A stretch of DNA of 51,923 nt from positions 1-51,923 of IMG/VR virus record IMGVR_UViG_3300017996_000002. The stretch is one strand, 5' to 3'. Positions 44,623-51,923 of this stretch are shown here, piece after piece (within the stretch, counting starts at the first letter, position 1; each line of letters opens with the position of its first letter). Under the pieces are notes generated by a model. It searched no databases and had not been told where the DNA came from. It saw only the letters and a list, made by a program, of their open reading frames with translations. The DNA is from a virus. Taxonomy: Duplodnaviria; Caudoviricetes. Position numbers and translations under genes: made by a program.

Positions 44623-45215
44623 CTCGACAACTCGGCGAAGCGGTGCAAAAATGCGTCGCGCGCCGTGCGCGGCGATAGCGCCCTAGCAGAGAACCACGGA
44701 AGCACAAGCGCGAGATTCGCGCGAAACTCAGCCGTAGGCGTCAACCAATCGGCGGTCACGCCCGAGGGCAATAGGTCGCGCGCCTCGATAAAGAGCGCGT
44801 ACCAATCGGCGCATTTTACGCCCGGACTATGTCTCTTGGGCAGCCCGTAATATGCGCGCATGCGAGCTTCTAGAGCTCCCTCCATACGGCGATAATCGGG
44901 CAATAGGGCTTTCCACGGGGTCGCAATGTCGGATACGTACGCCTCGTGTGCATCGTGCATAAGCCCCTCAAAGGGGGTAGCCGGCGCGATTCTGCACTCC
45001 GGAACTTGCGCGACGAGTTGCGAGACAAGTACGCTATGTTCAGCGACCGAGTAGAACTCCCGCGTGTGGCCCGTAAATCGACACTGCATTGACGCCGCGT
45101 GTGCGATTTCCTCGATATCGAAATGCGGGGCGGCTATGTAGAAACGGCGGCCTTTCACCGTTTGGATAAATAAATTTTTCTCTTTTTCCAAATACAGATC
45201 GGCGGCTTGCTGCAT
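44619..45215 (-). CDS. HD-domain phosphohydrolase (YfbR/YfdR-like 5'-deoxynucleotidase)
   Basis: IEEIAHA.S.QCRF.GH...FYSVAEHS...LMHDAHEAY..DI..P.K...VK.AD. Confidence 0.9.
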   Translation of the reverse strand: MQQAADLYLEKEKNLFIQTVKGRRFYIAAPHFDIEEIAHAASMQCRFTGHTREFYSVAEHSVLVSQLVAQVPECRIAPATPFEGLMHDAHEAYVSDIATPWKALLPDYRRMEGALEARMRAYYGLPKRHSPGVKCADWYALFIEARDLLPSGVTADWLTPTAEFRANLALVLPWFSARALSPRTARDAFLHRFAELSR

Positions 45216-45241
45216 ACGTTACTCCGTTTTATGGTTTTCGC

Positions 45242-45270
45242 ACGTTAGCGGAAACTGACCGAGGCGTCAA
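45242..45270 (-). promoter_or_regulatory. Sigma70 promoter with TGAC-N6-GTCA operator for the HD/A1 module
   Basis: Minus strand TTGACG-17-TAACGT; palindrome at 45256-45269. Confidence 0.6.
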
Positions 45271-46946
45271 CTCTTATTCTTAGCCGCTTTCGCCGCGAGC
45301 TTCGCTTCATGCTTGCGGTCAAGATCGTTTTGCTCGGCCTCGTGCGCGCGGTCCTTGTCGTTTTCCGCCGTCGGGTCCGCCTCGGGCGTGACGTTCGGGT
45401 CCACTTCAAGCTCGGGGTCTTCGGGTTCCTCGGGCTCGGGCGCCTTGCCGCTCAAATTCGAGTAGCCTGACTGCGGATCGTTCTGCAAGCGCGCTCGCGC
45501 CTCGTCCGGAGTAATGACGCTGTTCGTGATGTACGCGACATCCATATCGGCGTCAGACTTGCGAATCTCGCTCGATTCCTTGACCGTCGGGTCAGATAGC
45601 GATTCCCATTCGTAGCCGATATCGTCGTCAACTTCGCCGAACAAATCGCACTGCACGGCGATCAACAGCGTGTCGTAATGCGGTCCATAGAACTTGTTCT
45701 GAAACGCGCCGATCCAATCGTACCAACACGTAATCTCGCCCTCGCCCGTAGCGCCCAAGCCGGTCGGCGTAATGCCGAATAACTTGATCAATGGGATGTG
45801 GCCGGGAGACGCCATATGTTCTTGAGACTGAGCCTGTAGCTCGCTCAGGCCGGCAATGGGCGTATTGACTTGTACAAGCTCCTCGGAGTCCTTGTCGATC
45901 GCACCCACGCCTTGATTATTGCGACCTTGCACGAACAACTGTAGGCGGCGTAAGAGCCCATCGCCCGCCTCGGGACCGGCGCCTTCTTCGAGCGTGCTTT
46001 GCAGATTCGTCGAAAGCATCGTGATCGAAAAATTATTGACTAGATCATTGACGGCTTTGCGCGTGCGTAGCCACATGGACACGTACGGCTGCATAAGCTG
46101 ACTGAGCGAGATACCGCCGAAGTTGTACGCGGGCTTGAGTAGATCCGGAACCTCGCGACCGACGAACGTAAGGCAACGGGTCGCGTGCGTCTTGCGGCCC
46201 ATGATATACCATGATTGCGGCTTGTAAAAATCGTCGCGCTCGGGATACATCGCGTTCCACGAAAACGGCGTTGACCAATACGGCTCAATGCATTGGAGTG
46301 AGAGCAACGAGCCCTTAGCGATACCCTCGGGCGTGTACTCTAGCGGTAGCTGGCGCTTTTCGTCGCTCGTCTGCCCTTTGATGTTCAGGACGATTTGAGC
46401 GCGGCCGAATTCCCCATCGAGAAGCGCGGCCCGCTCGAACAGTTCGCGGACCTTCAATTCTTTCATGCGCGCGTCGATTTGCGCGATCTTGGCCGACTTG
46501 TCGCCGCCGGATTTCGAAACATGCTTGAGCCATTTGCGCGTCATTTCCGTTGACGTCGTTTCGGCCGGCGCGCGGAACTCGCTTATCTGCGTCAATTCCG
46601 CGAGATACGGATAGCCCGGGAAGAACAGCCCGCAGCCTAGCGCGTTGAATTGGTTGAGCCACCCGAAGACGGGCGCCGCCGAGTCAAGGGCCATTTCTGG
46701 CGCCTCGTCCATTGCGAGCTTGAGCCCGGTTTCAGCGGTCGGCTTGACGCTCGGCCGCACACCCGGGGGAAGCTCGGGCGCCTTGTATTCGGTCCACGTA
46801 CGCGCGTCCGGAGCCATTGCCGCGGCCGTCTGTTCGAGCAGCGCGCGACTGATAAAAAACGGCTTTTTCTTCGGCGCCTCGGGTGCGACAACGACGGGCG
46901 CGGGCGCAAGCCAGCGGGCTAAACGGGTGCGTAGTTTGGTGAGCAT
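45267..46946 (-). CDS. Portal protein (DUF1073)
   Basis: FPGYPYLAEL.Q..EFR, MTRKW, DLLKPAYNFGGISLSQ, IPLIKLFGITP.GL. Confidence 0.9.
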   Translation of the reverse strand: MLTKLRTRLARWLAPAPVVVAPEAPKKKPFFISRALLEQTAAAMAPDARTWTEYKAPELPPGVRPSVKPTAETGLKLAMDEAPEMALDSAAPVFGWLNQFNALGCGLFFPGYPYLAELTQISEFRAPAETTSTEMTRKWLKHVSKSGGDKSAKIAQIDARMKELKVRELFERAALLDGEFGRAQIVLNIKGQTSDEKRQLPLEYTPEGIAKGSLLSLQCIEPYWSTPFSWNAMYPERDDFYKPQSWYIMGRKTHATRCLTFVGREVPDLLKPAYNFGGISLSQLMQPYVSMWLRTRKAVNDLVNNFSITMLSTNLQSTLEEGAGPEAGDGLLRRLQLFVQGRNNQGVGAIDKDSEELVQVNTPIAGLSELQAQSQEHMASPGHIPLIKLFGITPTGLGATGEGEITCWYDWIGAFQNKFYGPHYDTLLIAVQCDLFGEVDDDIGYEWESLSDPTVKESSEIRKSDADMDVAYITNSVITPDEARARLQNDPQSGYSNLSGKAPEPEEPEDPELEVDPNVTPEADPTAENDKDRAHEAEQNDLDRKHEAKLAAKAAKNKS

Positions 46947-46953
46947 GGGCGGG

Positions 46954-46982
46954 AGTATGGCGGCCGAGCGTCCGGCCGTCAA
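46954..46982 (-). promoter_or_regulatory. Sigma70 promoter giving a near-leaderless portal mRNA
   Basis: TTGACG-17-CATACT, then 7 nt, then the ATG at 46946. Confidence 0.55.
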
Positions 46983-48604
46983 ATTTTACCTAGCAAATCA
47001 TCGCTTATGAAGAACTTAGCCTTGCGCGGGGCAAATGCCATCATAGTTGCATCCGCGAGGTTCGGCGACATAGTACCGTCCGGCTGTTTCTCGACTAGAA
47101 TTTTGCCGGCGTTGTTGATCGTGTATACGGGCTGCGACAATTCGATTATGAGCCGCGGTAGCTCGGCCATGTCACCGTCTATACTGATGATCGAATCCGC
47201 CTCGTACGGCAAGCCCTGCGACGCCTTGAACGATTCTTGGAAGCGGAACCGTAAACCACTCCACCATGCTTGAGCCTTGCGGTTCGCGAAAAAGTCTTCG
47301 TTCTTGCGATCGGTGCCGCGTACGATGCGCTCAGGAAATAGCGGCGACTCGGAACCCCTGAACGCGTGGACGTTGACCGGCCGCCCTTTCGGACGCCCAT
47401 CGGGGCCGCGCTCGGTTCGCTTGTCATTTAGCGCCTTCGCGTCGCCGCGCACACCCGCGCCCATGCCGTCCGCGTCATAATCAAAACTCGTCAGCTTGCG
47501 CTCGTCACATAACAGCATGGCCCGTGCCGTCGATTGATATAGGTCGGAGCCGACACCGGACCATTGCTCGACGTGCTTTAGTAAGATTCCCTTGCGATGC
47601 GCCCATGCGTTTTTATCGCGGCCCTCGTCGGCGATATCGAGCGCCGCGACGTCCGCGCCCGTGGGATCTATGCCGAGCTTTTTGTGCAAGTTGATTGCAG
47701 CCACTACCCATTCATTGCGGATAATGACGCCCTCGACCGAAGACGTATAGCTGATCTCGTACTCAGAACTCCATATGACCGGGTCTAGGCTCGCGCGTTT
47801 TTTGTCGGCCCATTCCTGATCGCGGCGCGGATCATCACGCCACGAAAATGTAAATACTTCTAGTTTGCCCTCGTGCCGTTTTTCGGCGAAGGCGTTCGCC
47901 ATGCCGATCACGCTCGACATGTCTTGACGGCAATCTGTATTCGCGGACAGCGACGCGTCGATTAATTTCGGGTGTTCAATGTGCGCCGATTCGTCGACGA
48001 AAAATATCGCGGTACGTCCGCCGCGGCCGATATTATCGCCGCTCTTGCCGATGATTGTCGACCCGGTCGCGGGGAACAGTAGGCGCATATGAGACGTGCA
48101 ATTCTTATTGCCGATATCCCAATCACCTTTAAAGCGACGCGGCAAATTTTGCGCGAACATGCGGCCCTTATAGAACAGCGAATCAGGATCGCCCGACGCG
48201 TCAACGTTTTCCTCTTTCGCTGAGCCGAAGCCAATCGCGACGTTCTTTCCGAGCACGCAAAGCGAAACGCTGTAGCCCATCGCGAGCCACGATATGCCGA
48301 TATCTCGGGATTTCTCCGTAAGACCGTCTTCTTTCGCTTTCCATTTTCGGTGGATGAAGTCCAGCCATTCGCGCTGACGGGGAAACAGAATGAACGGCAT
48401 GATCACGGGGATTGACGTCCCGGCGTTTTTGGGGTTAACGGTCATGCCCCAATCGCTGATGAAATCGGGGATATGCCCGTCAAGATAGTACGCCTTGATA
48501 CTGGCGAACTCGCGCGTGCTCAAGGCGTTTAGGCGCTTGATCGCGTCGGCGCGCTGGCGATAAATGCTGACATAGTCAGGGTGCTTGTAGTCGAGTTTGG
48601 GCAT
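46979..48604 (-). CDS. terL: Terminase large subunit
   Basis: PFILFPRQ, EKSRDIGISW, GRGGR..IFFVDESA, ALDIADEGRD, YDADGMGAG, SPNLADA. Confidence 0.95.
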   Translation of the reverse strand: MPKLDYKHPDYVSIYRQRADAIKRLNALSTREFASIKAYYLDGHIPDFISDWGMTVNPKNAGTSIPVIMPFILFPRQREWLDFIHRKWKAKEDGLTEKSRDIGISWLAMGYSVSLCVLGKNVAIGFGSAKEENVDASGDPDSLFYKGRMFAQNLPRRFKGDWDIGNKNCTSHMRLLFPATGSTIIGKSGDNIGRGGRTAIFFVDESAHIEHPKLIDASLSANTDCRQDMSSVIGMANAFAEKRHEGKLEVFTFSWRDDPRRDQEWADKKRASLDPVIWSSEYEISYTSSVEGVIIRNEWVVAAINLHKKLGIDPTGADVAALDIADEGRDKNAWAHRKGILLKHVEQWSGVGSDLYQSTARAMLLCDERKLTSFDYDADGMGAGVRGDAKALNDKRTERGPDGRPKGRPVNVHAFRGSESPLFPERIVRGTDRKNEDFFANRKAQAWWSGLRFRFQESFKASQGLPYEADSIISIDGDMAELPRLIIELSQPVYTINNAGKILVEKQPDGTMSPNLADATMMAFAPRKAKFFISDDLLGKI

Positions 48605-48689
48605 TACGTCGGTCCTATGATCGGCCGGAACGAAGTGAGACGTGCCGGCTTATGGTGAATTGAGCGCCTAGCGTACCAGATCACAAAAC

Positions 48690-48732
48690 TGTGACGCAAG
48701 TCTCGACGCGCCGGTCAGTTTGGGGGTAGGAT
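48690..48732 (+). promoter_or_regulatory. Class II CRP-like promoter with overlapping operator
   Basis: TGTGA-cgcaag-TCTCG, 21 nt, TAGGAT. Operator CGACgcgccgGTCA at 48704-48717. Confidence 0.7.
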
Positions 48733-48764
48733 CGGCGCATCTAACAACCGAAGGAGTTTCCCGC

Positions 48765-49535
48765 ATGACGACGATTAAGAGCTACAAAGGCTTTGACCAA
48801 AATTGGAAATGTCGCGATTTCCAATACACGCTAGGCGGCGAGTACGAGCACTCGGGCGAAATCAAAGCATGTAACGCGGGCTTTCATGCATGCGAATATC
48901 CTCTCGACGTGTTTAATTACTATCCGCCCGCGTCGTCGCGTTTTGCGGAAGTCGAACAATCGGGCGAGTTGAGTCGCGAAGAAGGCGATTCTAAAATCGC
49001 TAGTTCAAAAATCCGCGTAAAAATTCAGCTATCGTTCGGCGATCTTATTAAGGCCGCGATTGATTACACGTTCTCTCGATCCAAACCGGAAGGCGAAAAA
49101 GCCACGGGGGATCAGGGCGCGGCTTCGGCCACGGGCTATCAGGGCGCGGCTTCGGCCACGGGCAATCAGGGCGCGGCTTCGGCCACGGGGGATCAGGGCG
49201 CGGCTTCGGCCACGGGCACTCGCGGCGCGGCTTCGGCCACGGGCAATCAGGGCGCGGCTTCGGCCACGGGCAATCAGGGCACGGCTTCGGCCACGGGCTA
49301 TCAGGGCGCGGCTTCGGCCACGGGCTATCAGGGCGCGGCTTCGGCCACGGGCTATCAGGGCCGAGCGAAAGGAATTCTAGGCTGCGCGCTCTTACTGGTA
49401 GAACGCGACGCTTTCGGCGAGATCATCTCGGCGGCCGGCGCTATCGTCGGTAAGAAAGGGATCAAGCCCGATACGTTTTACATGCTCAAGCGCGGCAAAT
49501 TCGTACAGGCGAAACTTACGTCGATAAAATCATGA
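48765..49535 (+). CDS. Nonapeptide-repeat phage protein (ATGxQGAAS repeats, DUF7666-like)
   Basis: [14 protein letters not shown]...[19 protein letters not shown]-domain; about 10 repeats; [10 protein letters not shown]-cap; AAGGAG RBS. Confidence 0.85.
   Translation: MTTIKSYKGFDQNWKCRDFQYTLGGEYEHSGEIKACNAGFHACEYPLDVFNYYPPASSRFAEVEQSGELSREEGDSKIASSKIRVKIQLSFGDLIKAAIDYTFSRSKPEGEKATGDQGAASATGYQGAASATGNQGAASATGDQGAASATGTRGAASATGNQGAASATGNQGTASATGYQGAASATGYQGAASATGYQGRAKGILGCALLLVERDAFGEIISAAGAIVGKKGIKPDTFYMLKRGKFVQAKLTSIKS
49101..49361 (+). repeat. 27-nt coding tandem repeat
   Basis: Units such as GCCACGGGCAATCAGGGCGCGGCTTCG. Confidence 0.9.
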
Positions 49536-49595
49536 AAATCGTTTCGTGGGCGCGGTTCTGCGCTACTAGGGTCAACTGATTAGGAGCGAGCGCAA

Positions 49596-49721
49596 ATGGA
49601 AATCGTTTTAACTGGTATTTTCTTAGGCTTGTTCGCCGCCCTCGGCATAGTCCGATACACGAACAAGCTGATCACGCCGATGCCTCGGGCACGGCAGAAC
49701 CGTAGAAGGACAACACGATGA
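49596..49721 (+). CDS. Small membrane peptide (41 aa)
   Basis: MEIVLTGIFLGLFAALGIVRY...RRR; AGGAG RBS; ATGA coupling to the next ORF. Confidence 0.55.
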   Translation: MEIVLTGIFLGLFAALGIVRYTNKLITPMPRARQNRRRTTR

Positions 49722-49954
49722 ACACGAAACGGATCGCCGACCCAATTAAGTTATACGCTCCGCCCGAACTCACGGCGGACACGCCGCCAGTTGCGTTCTC
49801 GACCGACGCCCAGATCGCCGAAGTGGTCGGCGTATACGTCGAGGAAATGCGAGCCCGCGGATTTACGATCGGCCCCGAGCATGCCGACGTACTCGCGCAA
49901 GCCGCCCGCATATTCGACGTGTGGCGCGTCGCGTTCGCCCGGGTGCGGTCATGA
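49718..49954 (+). CDS. Hypothetical protein (78 aa)
   Basis: AAGGA RBS; coupled to its neighbours. Confidence 0.55.
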   Translation: MNTKRIADPIKLYAPPELTADTPPVAFSTDAQIAEVVGVYVEEMRARGFTIGPEHADVLAQAARIFDVWRVAFARVRS

Positions 49955-50151
49955 GTACAGAACCGCGCCCGGTCGAGGGGTGGGCGTTCCCCCATGGTTG
50001 CAAGGACGCGCATTTCTTCCAAGCGAACGCAACGAGCCTATGCGGCAAGTGGCGTTGGCTCGGGGCGATCGACGGGGGCGCGGGAGCATCGAAGGATTGC
50101 CCGCTATGCCGGCGCAAGCTCGACGCTCGGGCCGCAGCCGCGAGCCGATAA
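49951..50151 (+). CDS. Small zinc-binding-like protein
   Basis: EGW....K.AHFF...SLCGKW...CPLC. Confidence 0.55.
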   Translation: MSTEPRPVEGWAFPHGCKDAHFFQANATSLCGKWRWLGAIDGGAGASKDCPLCRRKLDARAAAASR

Positions 50152-50180
50152 CTCTAACACCGTTGACGAGGGCCGCAAGT

Positions 50181-50450
50181 ATGAGTAAAAACGTAATCAT
50201 GAAATGCCAGTGCCCTAATTGTTTTCCTGTCGCACCCGAACTGCCGCGGCCCGAGTCCAAGGGCGCCGCAATCGATAGGATGCTACGCGCTCACGGGTAT
50301 TTCACGCTCACGAACTTGAACGGTGACCGGATGTACTTTTATCCTCGGGGCGGGATACCCGCGAACGTCGGCGCCTATCTCAGCGTCGGCGACAATCTTC
50401 TGTTTCTTCGCGATTTCCTGATCACTCAAGCGCGCGTGGGCGCGGTATGA
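50181..50450 (+). CDS. Hypothetical protein with CxCxxC
   Basis: MSKNVIMKCQCPNC; GAGGG upstream. Confidence 0.5.
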   Translation: MSKNVIMKCQCPNCFPVAPELPRPESKGAAIDRMLRAHGYFTLTNLNGDRMYFYPRGGIPANVGAYLSVGDNLLFLRDFLITQARVGAV

Positions 50451-50473
50451 CGTTAGTCGAGGCGCGGTATCGC

Positions 50474-50659
50474 CTAGCCTTGCTCAGCCTTCGTGACAAT
50501 GCCAGCCTCAAGCGTCAAGCGAATCTCACCCTTCTTAGGCCGGACGCGCCCGAGATACGGCATGCCGTCGAAACGCACAACGCGAATTGATTGCTTCCAC
50601 GCCTCGGCAAGTTGCAGTGATCGGGAGTAATTCAACGTCACGAACATTTTCGGGTCCAT
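50474..50659 (-). CDS. Hypothetical protein (61 aa)
   Basis: RVVRFDG...IRLTLEAGIVTKA weakly resembles small I78-type inhibitor folds. Confidence 0.4.
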   Translation of the reverse strand: MDPKMFVTLNYSRSLQLAEAWKQSIRVVRFDGMPYLGRVRPKKGEIRLTLEAGIVTKAEQG

Positions 50660-50770
50660 ACCATTAGTCCGCGAGTGGCACTAATTCTACTCGCTTGACG
50701 GCGGCGAGGGCGTCGAGATAATACAGCGCACTGCCGCCCAACAAAAATAACACTGTTTTTTGTATTTGAT

Positions 50771-51331
50771 TCACCAGGCAAACCACCCGCCGTATTGCGT
50801 ACTGTAGGTGACTTGAATCGCACCGCTGGCCGTCGCGGCTAACGTTGTCGGTAATCCGCTAATTATGGTTCCTGACGGTGCGGTCCATGTCAGTGCGGTG
50901 ATGGCTTTAGTCGACAGAATATTTAACACGTCGCCATCTTGCGGACCATTGCATAAACCGATCGTGAGTGCAGCCAAGGCCGCGGCGGGTTGAATGAAAA
51001 AATACAATTTCGCTTGCGGTTGCGGCGCACACGGAAGATTGACGGTTGCTCCCGAAACGGGAGAATTCGCAAAAATAATTCCCTGTGCGGGTGTCGGCGC
51101 GGCAGGGGCGGTAAACACCCCGCCCACATAGGTTCCGCCGATTTGTGCATTGGGTTGACCGGTTGCGGATACCAAAATATTGGGAGTTACTACAAACGGG
51201 GTTACACCATCCCATTCCACCAAATTAATGACGATCGTCGACGGATTGACAAGCGCATACAGCGATGAGGCGGCAAACGCTTGATTGGCAAAAAAGCCAA
51301 AAAGAGCAATTGAAAAAATAAGTTTTTTCAT
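50771..51331 (-). CDS. Secreted protein with tail-fibre-assembly-like N-domain
   Basis: MKKLIFSIALFGFFANQAFA| signal peptide; YALV...VINLVEWDG...AQIGGTY.GG.F..P. Confidence 0.75.
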   Translation of the reverse strand: MKKLIFSIALFGFFANQAFAASSLYALVNPSTIVINLVEWDGVTPFVVTPNILVSATGQPNAQIGGTYVGGVFTAPAAPTPAQGIIFANSPVSGATVNLPCAPQPQAKLYFFIQPAAALAALTIGLCNGPQDGDVLNILSTKAITALTWTAPSGTIISGLPTTLAATASGAIQVTYSTQYGGWFAW

Positions 51332-51340
51332 AGCTATATC

Positions 51341-51923
51341 CTAAAAATAAGTGATGACAACTACGAGCCCCGGCCCGCCCGCGCCGCCGGTTCCCGCTGT
51401 TCCGGTCGATAAGGCCGCACCGCCGCCGCCGCCACCCGAGCCTTGTACACCCGCGCCGCCATTACCGGCCGTATCGGTGAGAATGGCCGATCCGCCGCCG
51501 CCGCCGCCGCTTGCGCCAAATAATCCGATCGCAGTTCCAACACCGCCGGTTGTTCCCGGCGCGGCGCCATTATTATGGTTTGTGCGCCCATCCATAATTG
51601 ATCCGCCCGCCGAGGCGACTAGAGCGACCGGTGTTGCAGCAAGGGCACCTCCGCAACCGCCGCCGGTATTCCCTAAAGCCGTATTGCCGCCGGGACCGGT
51701 ATTCGCCGCACCACCGGATGCTGATCCACCACCGCCGGACGCTGATAAAGCATTAGCTAGCCCTTGCGCTCCGCCGCCTGCACTTCCACCGGCGGTACCT
51801 ACTCCAAAATTCGCACCGGTACCGCCGGTTGCGCCGGATGCATTTGACCCTGCCGCACCTGATCCGCCGCCGCCGCCGCCACCCGAGCCCGCACCGACTT
51901 GACCCGATGAACCACCACCACCA
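51341..51923 (-). CDS. 3' part of the glycine-rich secreted fibre-like protein that starts at 1401
   Basis: Gly-rich frame ending GGAGGPGLVVVITYF-stop; in frame across the junction. Confidence 0.85.
   Translation of the reverse strand, partial: GGGGSSGQVGAGSGGGGGGGSGAAGSNASGATGGTGANFGVGTAGGSAGGGAQGLANALSASGGGGSASGGAANTGPGGNTALGNTGGGCGGALAATPVALVASAGGSIMDGRTNHNNGAAPGTTGGVGTAIGLFGASGGGGGGSAILTDTAGNGGAGVQGSGGGGGGAALSTGTAGTGGAGGPGLVVVITYF
51821..51923. repeat. Terminal direct repeat (assembly overlap), right copy
   Basis: Identical to 1-103. Confidence 0.97.

Noticed and set aside
45168-45175. AAATAAAT match to the start of the TnpB guide within the HD gene
   Set aside because: Only 8 low-complexity nt match before divergence, which is expected by chance.
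41770-45215. 2-aminoadenine (Z) genome pathway suggested by the HD and dATP/dGTP hydrolases
   Set aside because: I found no PurZ/adenylosuccinate-synthetase-like gene or other base-modification enzyme in the complete genome.
50695-50722. Plus-strand TTGACG-16-GATAAT promoter antisense to the secreted operon
   Set aside because: It is a single match with suboptimal spacing and no downstream ORF or other support.

Overview
The window is an apparently complete, circularly assembled ~51.8 kb dsDNA phage genome. Bases 1-103 are repeated at 51821-51923, giving a unit length of 51,820 bp. Gene content and order match a contractile-tailed myovirus resembling Burkholderia Bcep781 and Xanthomonas OP2. 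The virion genes are TerL, a DUF1073 portal, a DUF2213 protease, a DUF2184 capsid, a DUF3383 sheath, baseplate J and a GH108 lysin. The replication genes are a Prim-Pol/SF3 primase-helicase, an SF2 helicase, a DUF2800 nuclease, an SSB-like protein and a family-A polymerase. I saw no integrase, CI-type repressor, tRNA, CRISPR array or reverse transcriptase. The most unusual elements are: (1) a three-gene operon across the contig junction whose tail-fibre-like products all carry Sec signal peptides; (2) a separately promoted module between portal and head genes encoding an HD nucleotidase, a 3-TM membrane protein, a T5 A1-like nuclease and a dATP/dGTP diphosphohydrolase; (3) a bacterial SSB tip (DDDIPF) in the +1 frame behind a prfB-like shifty stop after the phage SSB; (4) four promoters with a CRP-like box centred at -41.5, plus seven YGAC-N6-GTCA operator-like palindromes; (5) a TnpB with a rearranged RuvC-II site inside a phage operon; (6) a LamG-3xPASTA-DUF2612 baseplate fusion. 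All family assignments come from recognising motifs by eye, not from database searches.
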